Shown: positions 59,646 to 64,000 of the stretch, in pieces
Layout of the letters: each line of letters begins with the position of its first letter
Numbering within the stretch: position 1 is the first letter of the stretch
Assembly: GCF_900964775.1 (NCBI RefSeq)
Contig: NC_041806.1
Span: forward strand, 16,454,297-16,518,296
From: Scleropages formosus
Taxonomy: Eukaryota
Reading direction: 5' to 3'
Length of the DNA: 64,000 bases
The notes under the pieces: model-generated
Database searches by the model: none
The model's input: the letters and a program-made list of their open reading frames with translations, nothing else
Told to the model about the DNA's origin: nothing
Made by a program: the position numbers and the translations under genes

Positions 59646-59744
59646 CTAATTGGGAAGAGAAAAAGGCAAGAAGGAATATTTTTCACTACTACACTCCTGT
59701 GGTACACAGGTTACTAAAAAATGTGAATCCCAGCCCAGACTGAC

Positions 59745-59897
59745 CTGCCCTGATTATCACCTGTCTGGTGTTTTGGGCCACATTTTCAGGAAGACGTCCC
59801 GTCCCTTCCCACTCTTTCACCAGTTTGGAGAGGAAGTCGTAGGGCGTCCACTCACTTTCCTCAGAGTACTCCGCTGTCCGACTTGGTTTATAACATG
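59745..59897 (-). CDS. sdr39u1: SDR39U1 coding exon 5
   Basis: Acceptor tctttcttttctag| then (A)CYKPSRTAEYSEESEWTPYDFLSKLVKEWEGTGRLPENVAQNTRQVIIRA + g. Human has AYYQPSLTAEYDEDSPGGDFDFFSNLVTKWEAAARLPGDSTRQVVVRS. Donor G|GTCAGT. Confidence 0.85.
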
Positions 59898-60408
59898 CTA
59901 GAAAAGAAAGAAAGAGGTCCATGCGACTGGAATTTTACCACTTAAAGATCATTTTATATCTTTTCTGTTTCACAGAATTGCACAGCGTGTGAAGTATGAA
60001 CAAAAGTATCACGACTAGGGAATGATCTGTGTGTGCGTAGTGTGTGTGAAGATGCTGAAATTCCCAGAAGGAACAGATCTGACAAAAGTCTGTTTCTTTA
60101 TGCCATTTACAACAAATCAGCTTCAGAAATTACATTTATTATAGACTGATTTCATTCTTTTCCTTTTGTGATGGCCGTTGAATTAATTTCTGCATCTATC
60201 TGCAGAGTAATAAATATTTACTGGGTTCAAAAAACTGCTGTGGGCCTTCCATAACGACCCCCAAAAGGCTTGACACCAAGTACTGTGGAAAGATCTCTGA
60301 GGAAGTTTATTTCTTGACAGCTTTAGTCTGCTACCTTTACAAGACTAAGTATCTGTTGGAAACAGGGCTGAGTAGCCCTGGGAAATTAAGGGTTTTCTAA
60401 ACACTCAC

Positions 60409-60530
60409 CTACTCCTGTGACAAGGACCCAGGACTTAGGGGGGCTGCTAGAGGAGGCAATGGCTTGAACAAGAGATCTTGTAGTATCTATCCGACTGGAG
60501 AATAGCTCCTTCTTGTAACTCTCATTCCAC
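60409..60530 (-). CDS. sdr39u1: SDR39U1 coding exon 4
   Basis: Acceptor cctttccatgcatcag| then (R)WNESYKKELFSSRIDTTRSLVQAIASSSSPPKSWVLVTGV + g. Human has RWNETFQKEVIGSRLETTQLLAKAITKAPQPPKAWVLVTGV. Donor G|GTGAGT. Confidence 0.85.
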
Positions 60531-60670
60531 CTGATGCATGGAAAGGAAAACAGTGAAATATACACAATAGAGTATCTGTCAAATATACCAATAACCACAT
60601 GCTTACAGAAACACAGTACAAGTCAAAATAACATCTCTGTTGTTATGATTACCCATAAAAAATGTCTCAC

Positions 60671-60753
60671 CTGCGGAAGGGATTCAACAGGATCTCCCCA
60701 GCCAGATTAACGGCACCCTCACATGGTGGGAGGCCACCACACTCCAGATCAGC
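60671..60753 (-). CDS. sdr39u1: SDR39U1 coding exon 3
   Basis: Acceptor cttacag| then ADLECGGLPPCEGAVNLAGEILLNPFR + ag. Human has DELAASGLPSCDAAVNLAGENILNPLRR. Donor AG|GTGAGA. Confidence 0.85.
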
Positions 60754-60789
60754 CTGTAAGTTATGAATCAGGGCTATCAAACTCATTCA

Positions 60790-61090
60790 TTTACATTTAT
60801 TTATTTAACAGATGCTTTTCTCCAAGTCACCTTCTAATGAACTCTATGTAATGTTATCAACCCACACACCTTATTCATCCATACATCAGTGGAACACACT
60901 CTCTCTGTCACTCACACACTATGGGTGAACCTGAACAGCATGTCTTTGGACTGTGGGAGGAAACCCACACAGAACACGAACATGCAAACTACACACAGGC
61001 TGAGTGGGGATCGAACCCACATCCTCTCGCATCCCTCAGGTGCTGTAAGACAGCAGAGCTACTTGCTGTGTCACCCATTTACATTAATTC
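60790..61090 (-). repeat. SINE family B copy (minus orientation) in SDR39U1 intron 2
   Basis: Reverse complement of the conserved core: ctgaacagcatgtctttggactgtgggaggaaacccacacagaacacgaacatgcaaact...ggggatcgaacccacatcctc. Confidence 0.7.
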
Positions 61091-61440
61091 ACTTAGCCAA
61101 CACTTTTCTCAAAAGCAATTTACAATTGCTTTTTAATAATCGCAAATTACAACATATTACAGTTTCAATATTTACAATGGTAAATAAGCATTCCTACAGT
61201 TACAATTTAGAGTACCAGGTGGAGGTGGGATTCCACCCTTCAGGTCCAAAGGCAGGAGCTTTAAGTTTAACCACTATGCTACCAGCTGTTTTTTACAATA
61301 ATGTTCATGGTTTTCATCACTCCCGATCATTATTGTGTATTACATTTACCAATTAAATTAGAAAAATGTACAGGGGTGGGTGTAAACTGTGATCTAAACA
61401 AACAGCTCTGAAACAGAGATGGCTAATAAATGCATGTTAC

Positions 61441-61547
61441 CCATGTGATTCTTCCAGGACCCGGCTGTCGTGAAATAATGGTGACTTCATGACCTTTTCT
61501 GCGTAGCAGCTGCGTTAGTTCTCTGCCTACAAAACCCGAACCTCCAC
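61441..61547 (-). CDS. sdr39u1: SDR39U1 coding exon 2 (Rossmann GxGxxG)
   Basis: Acceptor cgcttttcccag| then (G)GGSGFVGRELTQLLRRKGHEVTIISRQPGPGRITW. Human has GGGTGFIGTALTQLLNARGHEVTLVSRKPGPGRITW. Donor TGG|GTAACA. Confidence 0.85.
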
Positions 61548-61910
61548 CTGGGAAAAGCGAATCGTTACTAAAATATTTATCATTATAATTAACACATTTA
61601 TGTAGCACACAACCTATGACGTAAGGATCACTGCCGTGAACAGCGCGTGTACTGAAATAACACTGAAACTGTACAACTGCGCATGCGCCACCGGGAAAGT
61701 TACGAAAGCTGAGCGCAGCTTCTGTATCTATTTCCAGAAAAAGTGACCTTGATAACAACATATCGGGCTTCACCAACATACACGACTATACAAAAGCTAA
61801 GAAAGTTCGTGACATGTGGTTTAATTCACTGCGTCAGTCAAGGATTTTCAATGCATACACTAAATGTCTTAAACTGCGATCAGGACAACGAACGTAGCAG
61901 ATAAACATAC

Positions 61911-61926
61911 CTATGAGGACTCTCAT
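61911..61926 (-). CDS. sdr39u1: SDR39U1 (epimerase-family SDR) coding exon 1
   Basis: Minus strand ATG AGA GTC CTC ATA G|GTATGT gives MRVLI + g. Human SDR39U1 begins MRVLVGGGTGFIG. Phase 1 joins to GT GGA GGT of exon 2. A CCAAT box on the + strand at 62057-61 lies about 130 bp upstream. Confidence 0.7.
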
Positions 61927-61929
61927 AAC

Positions 61930-62070
61930 GTCTGCTTTTAGTATCCTAACAATGAGGGATTAGATGCCGCACGAATCTCTTGCGAAGCAGCTAATTTTGA
62001 TTATAGTAACAATCCTCCGCAAACGTCATGACCTGAAACGTCACAGAGTGAACTAGCCAATAGGCGAGCT
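61930..62070 (-). promoter_or_regulatory. sdr39u1: Putative SDR39U1 promoter region
   Basis: Immediately upstream of exon 1 in minus-strand sense. CCAAT box at 62057-61 (agccaataggcgag). The region is CpG-containing. Confidence 0.35.
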
Positions 62071-64000
62071 TTTTCCCGTCACATGTTCAGCAGGAAATTG
62101 AGGTCTTAGCCTAGGTCGTTCATTAAGGAGCAACGTGGTCGATCAGAGAACCGATTTTTATAGTTATTCGCTTAAAAAGATTTGTCGATCATTTTAAATG
62201 ATTGTATTTCATACACGATTTCAAAGGGAAAATTTGGCATGCACGATTATGTAATTCGACGCAGCATGTAGTATATGCGATCATTCATTACAGAAGGGTT
62301 GCATGTAAAATTACATTGTATTTTACGAAGTGAGATTTAAACTCACTGAATTGAATTTTAGAGTTATATATTATAAGTAATATATAAGTTATAGTAAATT
62401 ATACAGTTAAACTTGAGTAACTGCGCGCAAAATTTAATAATTCAATAGATTAAATAATGTAACGAATAAACTGGAAATGTCTGATTTTAAATGTGAATAT
62501 ATATATTAACAGTATATTTATTAAAGTAATGATCAATTTATGAATAAGAATGTGAGGTAATCTCGGGCCTGTAAAATATTTCAAGTGAATCAGGTGAGAG
62601 CGCTCCTGCTTATTCCGTCGAAATGCTCGGTTCTTCAGAGCACTTTTCTCCTGTACCGCAAATTTTAGTTTTTTTTATTAGCTTTGTTTGTAGATTTAAG
62701 ATGATCGAAAGGTTGTTAATTTATGTCCAAGAAACGTGATTTTTGAGACAAAAGTATGATATGTGAGAGTAAGTGTGAGAAAGCCCAATGCGGTCAAAAA
62801 ATGGCAAAATACAGTTTAAATGAGCTATTACAACGGGAGGAGTCTAGAATAGTGACATTTTAATACAGGAAGATTTGAATTTAATTCTATTTTGGAAAAA
62901 TATTTTTACATGAATGTAATGTGCAGGACTGAGTCTGTTCTAAACAGTCCATGACATGGATGATGGAAGGGTTTCCAAATTGCAGAAAGTGCTATAGATA
63001 AAACACTGGATTTCCTGGATTGAAGTCCCCATAATTACCTTTATTCCTATAAATGTAATCATTACAAGAATAAATATTTATTTATAATGTATTGATTTTT
63101 TTCTGTTAGAATAATTATGCAGGCCTCCTGCCCCAGGTAGGTGTTATTCTCAGTATGTTAAAGTCCAAGATAACTAACAAATTAAGAAAATATAAATTCT
63201 AATCCTGGATTCTGATTTTACAGCAGGGTTTAAAGGAGTTGTTCTCAAATGATTCTATTCTTTTGTAGTTCTGTGTCCCCGTTTTTTACATCTGACGTTT
63301 CAGTCCATCAGAATCTAATCTTTCAAGGGTTAATGATGTGTTAATTTCTTAAAAGAAACTCCGTGCTTAAAATAAACTTAAAAAAATAAACATGTTTTCT
63401 TACGTTTGCTCGGTTAATACTAATTCGATGGAAACGGCATAGGTATCAATATCTTATTACTTTGCTACAGTTATCTCTGTCAGCATATACCCACAGTAAC
63501 GAAATAGAAATGAGTAATACATTATTGTCGTCGTTACTAATAAATAAATTTGCATGTTAATAGGTAATACAGTGACCAGTGAATTAAAAGAAGGTAAATA
63601 ATTAAGAATTTCATATCACTGTGCCACATGATCTGGGAGGAAGCTGTTGAGGCTCAAACTGTTCCTGTCTCTGAATTCTGATCCTGGATCAGTGCGCTAG
63701 GTTCCCCGACACACCGTGTTATTGGCGATGGGGGGGAAAAAGAAGCACGTGGTTTGATAACAGACTATAAAGCGACCTCCCAGGGACAGTTTGTTCTTTC
63801 TCTGTCCGGCTGCAGCCAGAATGAGGAGTAGTGGTGGTTAGCTACTCAGGTGTCCGTGGCTGCAGGCGTGCTTTAGAATAGAAAGCTTTTTTTAAATTAT
63901 TAAATCGTGTTGCGCAGCATTGCGATTAGATATCTTAGTGAGCGCGTTATTGGTATTCAGCCAGTGAGACCGATGTTTTGTCTCTACATTTCCGATTTCG

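Overview
This 64 kb window is vertebrate nuclear DNA, almost certainly from a teleost fish. It has spliced multi-exon genes, tRNA-derived SINEs with the conserved teleost tail 'catttagcagatgcttttctccaaag', LINE, Ty3/Gypsy and Tc1/mariner/pogo remnants, microsatellites and interstitial telomeric repeats. It is not a prokaryotic locus, so no operon-style defence system or CRISPR array is present. I reconstructed five protein-coding genes by translating candidate exons and checking splice signals and reading-frame phase continuity by hand. The first is a leukotriene-B4-receptor-like class-A GPCR on the + strand, in 4 coding exons at 14584-17803. The second is a TMBIM1/Lifeguard-family gene on the + strand, in 6 coding exons at 31792-35304. 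The third is PARP2 on the - strand, in 16 coding exons at 35874-43207, carrying the WGR and catalytic domains. The fourth is METTL17 (Rsm22 family) on the + strand, with about 14 coding exons at 48878-58342. The fifth is SDR39U1 on the - strand, in 6 coding exons at 59218-61926. LTB4R, PARP2, METTL17 and SDR39U1 are all on human chromosome 14q11.2-q12, so this window is a compacted conserved-synteny block. PARP2 with TMBIM1, and METTL17 with SDR39U1, are convergent pairs with stop codons less than 0.9 kb apart. The most unusual structure is a tandem duplication of PARP2 coding exons 2 and 3. One intact copy of exon 2, one decayed copy of exon 2 and one intact copy of exon 3 lie 2.5-3.4 kb upstream of the PARP2 start codon and its CCAAT-box promoter. 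Other notable items: an 8.9 kb nest of at least three truncated Ty3/Gypsy elements at 18.9-27.8 kb, one with a chromodomain integrase, framed by direct repeats; a 24-nt poly-C tract and an inverted pair of interstitial telomeric repeats next to a GA-rich putative 5' exon upstream of the receptor gene; a GC-AG intron carrying a (TTA)n microsatellite inside the receptor gene; and a DRY-to-HRL substitution in the receptor. All coordinates were derived by hand without alignment tools, so individual exon boundaries may be off by a few bases.
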